Positions 48,974 to 58,193 of a stretch of DNA of 64,000 nucleotides are shown here, one piece after another. Each line of letters begins with the position of its first letter. Position 1 is the stretch's first letter. The notes beneath the pieces were generated by a model. That model was not told where the DNA came from, did not search any database, and was given only the letters and a program-made list of their open reading frames with translations. The DNA comes from an uncultured bacterium (lineage in GTDB: Bacteria > Patescibacteriota > Minisyncoccia > Phycocordibacterales > GWA1-40-21). The DNA lies in contig CAWDSG010000001.1 in assembly GCA_963804975.1 (NCBI GenBank), positions 118 through 64,117 of the forward strand. The letters are read 5' to 3'. The translations under genes and the position numbers were made by a program.

Positions 48974-50122
48974 ATGAATGACGATGTGTATAAAAAATCG
49001 CTTGAGCTTCACAGAAAATGCCGCGGCAAGCTTGAAACGAAAAGCAAGATAAAACTTGATTCAAAAGAAATTCTTTCGCTTGCGTATACCCCCGGTGTTG
49101 CGGAAGTTTCAAGGGCTATTGCAAAAGATTCGAAACTTGCAAGAGAATTTACGCTAAAAGGCAATACTGTAGCTATTGTTACCGATGGCTCATCAATACT
49201 CGGCCTTGGCAATCTTGGACCTCTCGCGGCCATTCCGGTAATGGAAGGCAAGGCGGCAATTTTCAAAGAATTTGCCGGAGTAAATGCATTTCCAATCTGC
49301 CTTGATACGCAAGATACCGAAGAAATAATCAAAGCCGTGAAACAAATCGCTCCTGTTTTTGGAGGAATCAATCTTGAGGATATAGCCGCGCCAAAATGTT
49401 TTGAAATAGAATCGCGATTGCGAAAAGAATTAAATATTCCGGTAATGCATGACGACCAATGGGGCGCTGCCACGGTAATATTATCTGCATTGATAAATGC
49501 TTTAAAATTAACCAAACAAAAAAAGGAAGATGTTAAGGTTGTAATCAGCGGAGTTGGAGCTGCCGGCGTCGCCACTGCAAGATTGCTTATCATATACGGA
49601 ATAAAAAATATTTTATTCTGCGACAGCAAAGGAATAATTCATCATGGCAGAACAGACCTTACTTCCGAGAAAAAAGAATTGTTGGAAAAAAGTTCTGCTT
49701 CGGCAAAAGAAGGCGTGCTTTCAGACGCGATAAAAAATGCGAACATTTTTATCGGACTTTCCAAACCGGGAGTGCTCACGCCAGAAATGATAAAAATAAT
49801 GTCAGAAAAACCGGTTATTTTTGCTCTTGCAAATCCAGTTCCCGAAATAATGCCGTCTGATGCGCAGAAAGCCGGCACGTATATCGTGGCAACGGGACGA
49901 AGCGATTTTCCGAACCAAATAAATAATTCTCTTGTTTTCCCAGGCGCGTTCAAAGGAATGCTTGAAGCGGATATTCCCCAATTCAAAATAGAAATGTTCA
50001 GTGCCATTGCGGAAGCTCTCGCAAATCATGTAAAAAATCCTTCTCCTGAAAACATAATTCCTTCAATGTTTGATAAAAAAGTTGTAAAAGTTGTTTCTGG
50101 AATTATAAAAAAATTTGCGTAA
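48974..50122 (+). CDS. NAD(P)-dependent malic enzyme (short form)
   Basis: 382 aa; YTPGVAEVSRAI, GLGNLGPLAAIPVMEGKAAIFKEFAGV, ANPVPE motifs. Confidence 0.88.
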   Translation: MNDDVYKKSLELHRKCRGKLETKSKIKLDSKEILSLAYTPGVAEVSRAIAKDSKLAREFTLKGNTVAIVTDGSSILGLGNLGPLAAIPVMEGKAAIFKEFAGVNAFPICLDTQDTEEIIKAVKQIAPVFGGINLEDIAAPKCFEIESRLRKELNIPVMHDDQWGAATVILSALINALKLTKQKKEDVKVVISGVGAAGVATARLLIIYGIKNILFCDSKGIIHHGRTDLTSEKKELLEKSSASAKEGVLSDAIKNANIFIGLSKPGVLTPEMIKIMSEKPVIFALANPVPEIMPSDAQKAGTYIVATGRSDFPNQINNSLVFPGAFKGMLEADIPQFKIEMFSAIAEALANHVKNPSPENIIPSMFDKKVVKVVSGIIKKFA

Positions 50123-50128
50123 GATTCG

Positions 50129-51145
50129 CTAACTGATTTTTCCGCGATTTGAAGGAAAAGGAACTACTTTTCTAATATCACTTTCTCCTCTTAAAAATTT
50201 CAGAATTCTTGCAATACCAAACCCCCCACCCGAGTGGATAGGCATTACTTTTAATTCCTCAAAAATCTTTAAATACCATCTGAAATCATCCAGACCACCG
50301 CCACTTTTTTTCAAACGCTTAAACATTTCCGAACGAAACAGTCGATCTTTGAAATCTTTGAACTTTTCAACCCTTTGAGCACCACCCAAAGCTTCTCCGC
50401 CAATAGGTAATAATAAATCTACAGATAAAAGCCGTGATGGATTTTTTGAATCAGGAACCATATTGAAAAATTTTATTACTTCAATATCTTTTATATTTTT
50501 CCAAAGAGAATCTGGGTGATGAGTCAGTAATATCGGTTGATTATTAAATTTCTTGATTAACCTTTGTTCCTCCTTTGAAGAAATGTCTTTTCCAAATTTG
50601 GCATTTAAAATCTTAATTGCTTGGTCATAAGTAACTCTTGGAAAATTGGGTTTTATTTTCTTAAGCCTTATCACATCCTGTTTTCTAAGCCCCATTTCTT
50701 TCCGTGTTTTTTCTGGCAAATGTAAAATATCATGGATAATTCTTAACATTATTCTTTCAATATAGTTCAGCAGCTTCTCTAGCCCTCCCACAAATTCTAT
50801 TTCTGCCATTGCAAATTCAATCAGATGCCTTTTTACATCCCCATCGTCGGCCCTAAACGTTGGACCGATTGAAAATACTTTTTTAAGAGAAGGGATTACC
50901 GCCTCCAGATCAAATTGGGCTGTTTGTAAAAGATGGGCACGATGCGGTTTTTTCGGTCGAAACCATAACAGGTTTTTTTCTTTGGCAACATAAAACATGG
51001 TGTTTATGCTTTCGCACGCTCCCGAAGCCCTTACGATCGTCGGCGGAAAAATTTCCACAAAACTTTCGTTTTCAAGAAAATTTCTGAAGGATTTTGTTAC
51101 TTGTAACACCAGCTTGATATTTTGAATTTTTTCTTTTGTTTTCAT
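50129..51145 (-). CDS. Class II aminoacyl-tRNA-synthetase catalytic-core paralog (AsnRS/AspRS-like; archaeal-type AsnA or EpmA-like), no anticodon-binding domain
   Basis: 338 aa; motif-2-like FRADDGDVKRHLIEFAMAE, motif 3 GGGFGIARIL, C-terminal VPFP. Confidence 0.55.
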   Translation of the reverse strand: MKTKEKIQNIKLVLQVTKSFRNFLENESFVEIFPPTIVRASGACESINTMFYVAKEKNLLWFRPKKPHRAHLLQTAQFDLEAVIPSLKKVFSIGPTFRADDGDVKRHLIEFAMAEIEFVGGLEKLLNYIERIMLRIIHDILHLPEKTRKEMGLRKQDVIRLKKIKPNFPRVTYDQAIKILNAKFGKDISSKEEQRLIKKFNNQPILLTHHPDSLWKNIKDIEVIKFFNMVPDSKNPSRLLSVDLLLPIGGEALGGAQRVEKFKDFKDRLFRSEMFKRLKKSGGGLDDFRWYLKIFEELKVMPIHSGGGFGIARILKFLRGESDIRKVVPFPSNRGKIS

Positions 51146-51167
51146 ACATTAAAAACTGAAAATAACA

Positions 51168-51788
51168 TTATTTTTTATATTTTTCAAGAATTTTTGACCA
51201 TTTTTCATAATTTTCTTTGGCAAAATTTTTATGTTCCTCGGAACTGATGCGTTTGAACATCCAATCTAGTTTTTCTTTGATTTTTTTGTATCCTTCAATT
51301 GGCGCTTTTTTGACAACAAACATTTCGGCGTTTGTTTCAAAATAACTTACTGAATCAGCATCCATAAGCGCATTTTGCTCAAAATCACCGCCAACCTCAT
51401 GTTTGCTTATAAGATGTTTGACCGTTTCAACAAGTTCTTTCGGTGCTTTTTGAGTGCTTAGAAATTCTGACATAATTTCAGCGCCTTTTTCCTGATGATT
51501 CCTTAAAAACTCCTGATCAAGATAGTTTTCAGGAACTGATTTGTTTTTGTCTCTGAAAGCGCGTTCAATATCGTGGCTGTATGCAGCGATTTTTTGAGCT
51601 TCCGTTGCTTTAGGCAGAAATTTCTCAATCCAAAATACAGCTCTTTCAAAATGAGGTTTTTGTTTACCTTGAAAAGATTTATCTACATATTCAATTGTTT
51701 TTTGATATAAATTCATTTTCGGTATTGAGATATTCGGATCACATTTATTATTCGAATGAGATGAAATGTTTGAGAGATTCAGACCCAT
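51168..51788 (-). CDS. HD-domain phosphohydrolase
   Basis: 206 aa; H...HD (AAYSHDIERA) metal-binding motif. Confidence 0.65.
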   Translation of the reverse strand: MGLNLSNISSHSNNKCDPNISIPKMNLYQKTIEYVDKSFQGKQKPHFERAVFWIEKFLPKATEAQKIAAYSHDIERAFRDKNKSVPENYLDQEFLRNHQEKGAEIMSEFLSTQKAPKELVETVKHLISKHEVGGDFEQNALMDADSVSYFETNAEMFVVKKAPIEGYKKIKEKLDWMFKRISSEEHKNFAKENYEKWSKILEKYKK

Positions 51789-52233
51789 ATATTTTTATTA
51801 AACCTTGTGTTCTTGTACGCATATCAGGATCTTTCTTTGCAATATTTTCATACCATGTATCAATTGCTGTAGCTATGTCATTACAAAATATATCTATTTG
51901 CATTTGTAAGATACCTTTAAAATTATTCATATGCACGATATTAGCACGAGGAGGTGGGGTAATAAAGTGAACTTTTTCAATTACCATCCGAGTATCCGTA
52001 TCAACACCTTGGTGTAAACAACTACAACGGAAGCACCATGCATCTTCCGCAGAAAACATCGATGTATAAATAGCTAAGTTTTCGTTGAACCATCTTTTGT
52101 ACCTAATCCCGTTTTCTTCATTTGGAGTTTCTATAACTCCACAGATATCTGGCATACAAAGTGCAAGAAAAAGTGCAGCAAACCAATTTTTATCTATTAT
52201 TGCTTTTCTTATTGAGTTTGTGAAATCTTGCAT
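51748..52233 (-). CDS. Hypothetical protein, overlaps HD gene by 41 nt
   Basis: 161 aa ORF. Confidence 0.35.
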   Translation of the reverse strand: MQDFTNSIRKAIIDKNWFAALFLALCMPDICGVIETPNEENGIRYKRWFNENLAIYTSMFSAEDAWCFRCSCLHQGVDTDTRMVIEKVHFITPPPRANIVHMNNFKGILQMQIDIFCNDIATAIDTWYENIAKKDPDMRTRTQGLIKIYGSESLKHFISFE

Positions 52234-52490
52234 ATTTAGTGCTTGGGTAACTCCGATATTTAATTCTCTTGGCGGAGAGGCTCGTGTTCCGAACTTTCTC
52301 GGTCAAGCCCTGTAATGTTATTTCAACGATTTTCAGCATATCAAATTGATGCGTCTCGTGCTACTACAAAAGGTGACACTTTTATTGAGCAAAGATTACA
52401 GTAGTATGTAACCTTTTGTTATTTTATAAGGCTTAAATTAAAAATAAATTGTAACAAAGTTACATTCTAAATTTGAGAATTTTATATATC

Positions 52491-52718
52491 TTAAAGATAA
52501 AATGAAACGAATTGAAGTAAAAATCCAATTGCAAGAAGCCCTACACCGAAAAAACCGATCACTCGATCTGTAGAAAAAAACTTTTTTGCATATGGATTAC
52601 TACCCCAATAAGTTTTGGATTCTTTTTCTATACGGTCTTTAGACCTAATCATCCCCAGTCCTAAAAGTAAGCTTCCAGCAAAATTAAAAAATAGTCCAAT
52701 AAGTTCCAATGCTTTCAT
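52491..52718 (-). CDS. Small 2-TM membrane protein, last gene of lexA-TIR operon
   Basis: 75 aa; two hydrophobic helices; 4-nt gap to upstream gene. Confidence 0.45.
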   Translation of the reverse strand: MKALELIGLFFNFAGSLLLGLGMIRSKDRIEKESKTYWGSNPYAKKFFSTDRVIGFFGVGLLAIGFLLQFVSFYL

Positions 52719-52722
52719 GTTT

Positions 52723-53334
52723 TTATTTTTTTATATCCTCCCTATCTTTTTTAGTAAAGAGTGAATACAGATATAATATTATTGATGTCAGCAAAAGAAG
52801 AAATAAAATGGTGTCCAAAATTAAACCGAAATTTATTTTTTGATACGCATTTACCCACTCCATAATTATTTTAGCTATGGCTGAAATGGTCAACAATGTA
52901 GGGAATGCCAATACGTAGATGAACCATGTCCAGTTTGAAAATGCAGGATAGTCTGATAGGTAGGATTTTCCCTCTCTGGTAATAAGATCCTCTCCAAATT
53001 TATTATTCATTTTATCCTCGATCTTATGAACATACTTGTATTGTCTTTCAATAAAAATCGCGGACTGGAAATATCTCAACGTAAACACAAGTAACAAGAA
53101 CCACACGATATTTCCGATAATGGAGAAATTCAATTCCAAGTTCAGACCATATTTTGACATTAACAGACTTTGTACAATTTGGTTTGACACACTGGGAAAC
53201 AATGCCTGAAAAGCGAAAAAGAAAAGCGTAAGAACAACCCATAACAACGCCCTGTCGCGGCGTTTTATGGTATCATTAATATTCGAACAAGTTTCTTTGT
53301 AATGGTCGTACAAAGTTGAGGTACTATCCAACAT
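52723..53334 (-). CDS. 4-TM membrane protein (candidate effector of lexA-TIR module)
   Basis: 203 aa; four predicted TM helices; start 2 nt after TIR stop. Confidence 0.5.
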   Translation of the reverse strand: MLDSTSTLYDHYKETCSNINDTIKRRDRALLWVVLTLFFFAFQALFPSVSNQIVQSLLMSKYGLNLELNFSIIGNIVWFLLLVFTLRYFQSAIFIERQYKYVHKIEDKMNNKFGEDLITREGKSYLSDYPAFSNWTWFIYVLAFPTLLTISAIAKIIMEWVNAYQKINFGLILDTILFLLLLTSIILYLYSLFTKKDREDIKK

Positions 53335-53336
53335 AT

Positions 53337-53774
53337 TTATCTTTTAGGGTAAGGAGCTTCGTCCAAAGCTTTTATGATATTATCTTCTGTAAAAGAATAG
53401 CACCATGAAGCATTTGCTCCAGTAAGCTCATCCGGTGAATCATAGGTTCTGTCGAGTTTTACTACGGCAATACGCTTACCAAGTTCTTTACTTTTTGCAA
53501 TTTCAAAATTGATCCAATTTTTATAACCGATCAAAGCCCTGTTTCTGTGCGGTGCATTTGCATTTTCTCCGACAATAACAAGAGTGTGGGTTGCTTCTTT
53601 GATTTTTAAAGTAAGTGCAGCTTTTACCCTTCCAACATTTGTGCTGTCAATTTCCTCTGGAGTTGCATCATCAAAGACAAACTCAAATCTTGGGTGTTTA
53701 TTCCATGCTTCTAAAAGAAATTTATATTTTTTATCATCTGTATAATCAAAACTAACGAAAATTTCTGGTTTCAT
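53337..53774 (-). CDS. TIR-like domain protein (DUF1863 / MTH538-type, Thoeris ThsB-like)
   Basis: 145 aa; IFVSFDYTDD start, central ...TLVIVGENANA..., W..FEI.....K.I..V.LD pattern typical of DUF1863 TIR-like fold. Confidence 0.6.
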   Translation of the reverse strand: MKPEIFVSFDYTDDKKYKFLLEAWNKHPRFEFVFDDATPEEIDSTNVGRVKAALTLKIKEATHTLVIVGENANAPHRNRALIGYKNWINFEIAKSKELGKRIAVVKLDRTYDSPDELTGANASWCYSFTEDNIIKALDEAPYPKR

Positions 53775-53786
53775 ATATTTTATGAA

Positions 53787-54404
53787 TTAGTATAGATCAG
53801 TGGGAAGCACAGCCACGACAACTCCCTGAATCTTACAATTATCTGTTAATATAATCGGCTTGTGTGCAGGATTTTTTGATCTTGGTCTCAAAATCACTGC
53901 ATCGTTTGTTCTCTCAAACATTTTCACTGTCGCTTCCTCATCAATCAAAGCTACGACTTTATCACCATTCTCAGCGCTTTCTTGCTGTCGAACCAAAAGA
54001 ATATTTCCGTCATTGATCCCGGCGAGATTCATGGAATCTCCCTCTGCTCTTAAAAGAAAATATTTCGATCCCTTTTTCGCAAGAGCTGTCGATACTGGAA
54101 GATATGTTTCAATATTTTGTTTGGCGAGCATCGGTGCTCCGCACGGCACCGATCCTACTAATGGAATATTGATTGTTGAGATGGAAGTCGGTATGCCGAA
54201 ATCGGTTGATATTATCTTTCCATCCTTTCTTTTGATAAAGCCCTCCTTTTCAAGACGATCGAGCACCAAACTGGCTGAACGGGGAGATTTACCCTTCGTC
54301 ACCTCGTTTATTTCAGCTAGGGTTGGTCCTGTACCAGTATGGATGAACTTGTTCCTGATAAGGATAAGCGCTTTTTTGTCCTTGTCACTTGTGTCTCTTG
54401 GCAT
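53787..54404 (-). CDS. lexA: LexA-like repressor (wHTH + S24 autopeptidase), start at MPRDTSDKDKK
   Basis: ILIRNKFIHTGTGPTLAEINEV wHTH; cleavage-site region VPCGAP; S24 catalytic GDSM and K (…VRQQ..NGDKVVAL). Confidence 0.8.
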   Translation of the reverse strand: MPRDTSDKDKKALILIRNKFIHTGTGPTLAEINEVTKGKSPRSASLVLDRLEKEGFIKRKDGKIISTDFGIPTSISTINIPLVGSVPCGAPMLAKQNIETYLPVSTALAKKGSKYFLLRAEGDSMNLAGINDGNILLVRQQESAENGDKVVALIDEEATVKMFERTNDAVILRPRSKNPAHKPIILTDNCKIQGVVVAVLPTDLY

Positions 54405-54465
54405 ATTGGTATAAGATAGTATACATGAAGGTATAAATATTGCAAGCCAGTTATAAACAGAAAAT

Positions 54466-54876
54466 ATGGAATACAAAATGGAAGCAAAACCGTTCATTCA
54501 AAAAGACGGGGTAAAATATAAAACTATTCAGGTAACCGATATTACTCTTCACTCCGATCATCTCAGAGTAACGGCAAATATCGGCGACAAGATTAAAAAA
54601 GCCTTTGACATAAATCGAGCCGGAAGATTTTACGAGGATTCCGTTCTGAAAGATGTCCTGGAAAATCAAAGAAAATATATTTTGGAAAAATTGAGCAACG
54701 ATCCGAGCTTTCGGGAATTCGTTCTGGAAGAAGAACGCAACGGATACAAGATACTGCTCGATATACCAAAAGAGGGCGTACCCGTTTTGGCGGGAAAAGA
54801 TACCGTAGAATTTTTAAATAGCAAGAACGGCAAGAGAGTTTTACGGGGACTTGCAAAAGAGAAACGAGAGGATTAG
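54466..54876 (+). CDS. Hypothetical protein divergent from lexA-like gene (element early gene?)
   Basis: 136 aa ORF. Confidence 0.35.
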   Translation: MEYKMEAKPFIQKDGVKYKTIQVTDITLHSDHLRVTANIGDKIKKAFDINRAGRFYEDSVLKDVLENQRKYILEKLSNDPSFREFVLEEERNGYKILLDIPKEGVPVLAGKDTVEFLNSKNGKRVLRGLAKEKRED

Positions 54877-55050
54877 AATATGAATGTTCGGGTTTCTGCG
54901 TAGTAAAAAGTAGAATAGCGTACCGCATAAAAAACCGTGCCTATTCCGCGCAAGAAATGAATCAAGATCTAGTCGGTCTTCTTTTATTTCGTTGTGTGGA
55001 GTGGGCTTTTTCTATTTCCATGCATTTTATAAAAATAATTTTTGTAAATT

Positions 55051-56368
55051 ATGCAAAAATTAAAAAGGGAGGTGTCAAAGAAATTAGTTTGGCACACCGA
55101 AGTCAGGAGAGTGCGAGATTTATCCCCTTACAAGAAGAATCCCCGTTTGATTAGCGACGTGCAGATGCAGGCGCTTCAGCGAAGCTTGAAGAAGTTCAAC
55201 CTTGCCGAACTGCCCGCGATCAACAAGGACGGGACTATTGTCGCTGGTCATCAAAGAATAAAGGCTTTGATACTGCTTGGTCGAGAGAATGAAAAAATCG
55301 AGGTGAGAATTCCATCGCGACAACTTACACCATCTGAGTTCAAGGATTATTTGCTCACCTCGAACAGCTCTGGAGGGAGCTGGAATTGGGAAATGCTTTC
55401 CAATGATTTTGATTTTGAAACGCTCAAGACGGTCGGTTTCGACGACATCGACCTGAGTCGTGTGTTTGATGAGCGTATCAAGAAGTCAGAAGATAAATGG
55501 GACGATGAAGCCGAGTTGAAAAAAATAAAGAAGACGAATATCAAAACAGGCGATTATTTCGCCCTCGGCAGACACCGTTTGATTTGCGGTTCATCGCTCG
55601 ACAAAGCAATGGTGAATACACTAATGGACGGAGCAAAAGCTGATCTTGTTGACGATGACGTACCTTTTAATATAGGGCTTTCATACGACAAAGGCGTGGG
55701 CAATAAACGCAATTATGGCGGAACGACAAATGATAATAAAACGGATGAGGAATATAAAACATTCGTCAAGACAATTATCGAGAATGCACTTTCAGTCACT
55801 AACAAAGATGCACATATCATATTCTGGTGCGATGAGCGCTATGTGTGGCTTTTACAGACGCTTTACAAAGAACTTGGGATCGATTCGAAGCGACTCCTCA
55901 TTTGGGTTAAGAACAATTCTTCACCCACACCCACGGTCGCTTTCAACAAGGTGGTAGAGTTTGCCGTATACGGCAGTATCGGAAGACCGTATCTCTCCAA
56001 GATCGCAACCGATCTCAATGAAATACAAAATGACGGAATGACAGGGGGTAACGATCTGCACGATGAGATTATCAACAACTCCAATCTCATGCTCACCAAA
56101 AAGACTTCCAAGCAATCAATACGGTCATCCTACGGAGAAAAGCCCTCTTCTGCATTACAAGGCAATCAGACGCTGTACCAGAGTCGGCGGTATCGTCCTC
56201 GACCTTACAGCGGGTTCAGGGAGCATACTCATGGCGTGCGAAGAATTAAAACGAACAGCATATCTCTGTGAGCTTGAGCCGGTGTTCTGCCAGCTCATCA
56301 TCAATCATTATGAGAAGCTTTCGGGAAAGAAAGCAAAATTAATTGCACGCTCCCATGAAGAAAAATAG
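55051..56368 (+). pseudogene. ParB-like nuclease domain + N6/N4 DNA methyltransferase fusion (phage-type), interrupted by a frameshift near 56110
   Basis: N: ParB motif TIVAGHQRIKAL; MTase continues in ORF 56063-56368 with HPTEKSPLL..VLDLTAGSGS (motif I region). Confidence 0.6.
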
Positions 56369-56771
56369 AATACAAGGAATATTCTTGGAGCATCTGAAAA
56401 CCGTTCCGATCGTGCAGGTATGTTGCGACAAGGCGGGCGTATCAAGAAACAGCGTATACGAGTGGCGAAAGAAAGACCCGAAATTCGCGGAAAATATGGA
56501 CAAGGCGATGATTGAGGGTGAAGCATTCATCAACGATATTAGCGAGGGACAACTCTTCAATCTCATCAAAGAGAAAAGCTGGCCCGCGCTTGCATTTTGG
56601 CTGAGAAGCAGACATCCAAAATTCAAAGAAAAGGTCGAGATTACCGGAACGATAAAAAACGAAGAGAAAGTTCTCGATTACGAGCAGGAGCAATTGCTCA
56701 GAGAAGCGCTCCGTCTTGCATTGCCGAACAATAATATAAAAAATCCAAATGGAAAACCAAAACCGCAATGA
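56343..56771 (+). CDS. Putative phage terminase small subunit (HTH)
   Basis: 142 aa; N-terminal HTH (VCCDKAGVSRNSVYEWRKKDPKFA), immediately upstream of and overlapping terL. Confidence 0.5.
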   Translation: MHAPMKKNRIQGIFLEHLKTVPIVQVCCDKAGVSRNSVYEWRKKDPKFAENMDKAMIEGEAFINDISEGQLFNLIKEKSWPALAFWLRSRHPKFKEKVEITGTIKNEEKVLDYEQEQLLREALRLALPNNNIKNPNGKPKPQ

Positions 56772-58191
56772 GGAATACATCATCGACCAGATGATCAAAG
56801 ACAAGACATTCCGTCTTGCCATGGTGAAGAAAAGCCATTACTGGTTTTTCCATTATTACTTCGGCAGAAAGTATGCAGAATTTCCAACGGCTGATTTTCA
56901 ACGAGAGATTTTCAATCTCACGGAAAATCCCGATCTTCGCAATATCGTCATTACCGCTTTTCGAGGAAGCGCAAAAAGCACGATCATCACCCTCTCATAT
57001 GTCATCTGGTCAATTGTCGGAGAAAAACAAAAGAAATTTATTCTCATATTGGGTCATACTCAAATGAGCACGCAGAAACATTTGATGAATATTAAAAAGG
57101 AATTGGAAAGTAACACGACTTTCAGAGATGACTTCGGACCGTTCAAAGAGGAAGTCGATCAAGACGGAACGCAATCAATTCTGCTTCCTCAATATGAAGC
57201 GAACATATCCACTCGTTCGATCGGACAAAATATTAGAGGTATACGGCACTTTCAGCACAGACCAGACTTGATCATTGCAGACGATATTGAGGATGCCGAG
57301 TCAGTCAAAACGCAAGAGAACAGAGATAAAATGTTCGACTGGCTCACGGGAGATGTCATTCCCGCGGGAGAAAGAAATACCCAACTCGTGTTTATCGGTA
57401 CTCCTTTGCACAATGATTCAACATTGATGAGAATGGAAAAGTTTTTCCAGAACGATGATCCGAGAAATGTCTTTAAAAAATATCCGATTGTCGATGAACA
57501 CAATGTACCGCTCTGGTCAGGCAAGTTTCAAACGCAGAAAGACATCGACGACGAGAAAACAAAATGTCTTGGAAACGAACTGACATGGCAGAGAGAATAT
57601 CTTTTGAAGATCGTCGACAATGATTATCAAATCATCAAAAGAAATGAGATTCACTACTACACCGAACTGCCGACTGTGGCTCCGAGATTCTCCGCCCTTT
57701 CCGTTGATCCCGCACGGTCGCAAAAAGCGACCGCTGATTGCACTGCCATGGTTTCGGGAAGAATATACGGATCGGGCAAGGACAGAAAATTGTACATTCT
57801 GCCGAATCCGGTGAACGAACGACTCACCACCGATCAACTTATAACCAAAGCAAAAAGTATTTCACGGAGTCTGAACAATTCGTCATATGCCCGGGTATAT
57901 GTCGAAGACGTGAACTTTCAAGGAATATTCACCGAGCTTTTGAAAAACGAAGGAGTGCCAGCAAAACCGTTTCCGGTAAAAGGTTGGAGCAAAGAAGATC
58001 GTTTGAATGCGGTATCGGCTTTGATTCAGCTCGGAAAAGTGCTTTTCGCCGACAAAGGCAACGAGGAACTTGTGGAACAGATACTGGGCTTCGGGAAAGA
58101 AAAACATGATGACCTTGTCGATGCGACCACCATGCTGATTCTTCAGATGTTCGAGGATTCGAAATTTACGCCGAGTGTAACATGGATATAG
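56749..58191 (+). CDS. Phage terminase large subunit (ATPase + RNase-H-like nuclease)
   Basis: 480 aa; Walker A AFRGSAKST, Walker B LIIADDIED, nuclease Asp residues (SVDPA, DDLVD). Confidence 0.75.
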   Translation: MENQNRNEEYIIDQMIKDKTFRLAMVKKSHYWFFHYYFGRKYAEFPTADFQREIFNLTENPDLRNIVITAFRGSAKSTIITLSYVIWSIVGEKQKKFILILGHTQMSTQKHLMNIKKELESNTTFRDDFGPFKEEVDQDGTQSILLPQYEANISTRSIGQNIRGIRHFQHRPDLIIADDIEDAESVKTQENRDKMFDWLTGDVIPAGERNTQLVFIGTPLHNDSTLMRMEKFFQNDDPRNVFKKYPIVDEHNVPLWSGKFQTQKDIDDEKTKCLGNELTWQREYLLKIVDNDYQIIKRNEIHYYTELPTVAPRFSALSVDPARSQKATADCTAMVSGRIYGSGKDRKLYILPNPVNERLTTDQLITKAKSISRSLNNSSYARVYVEDVNFQGIFTELLKNEGVPAKPFPVKGWSKEDRLNAVSALIQLGKVLFADKGNEELVEQILGFGKEKHDDLVDATTMLILQMFEDSKFTPSVTWI

Positions 58192-58193
58192 AT

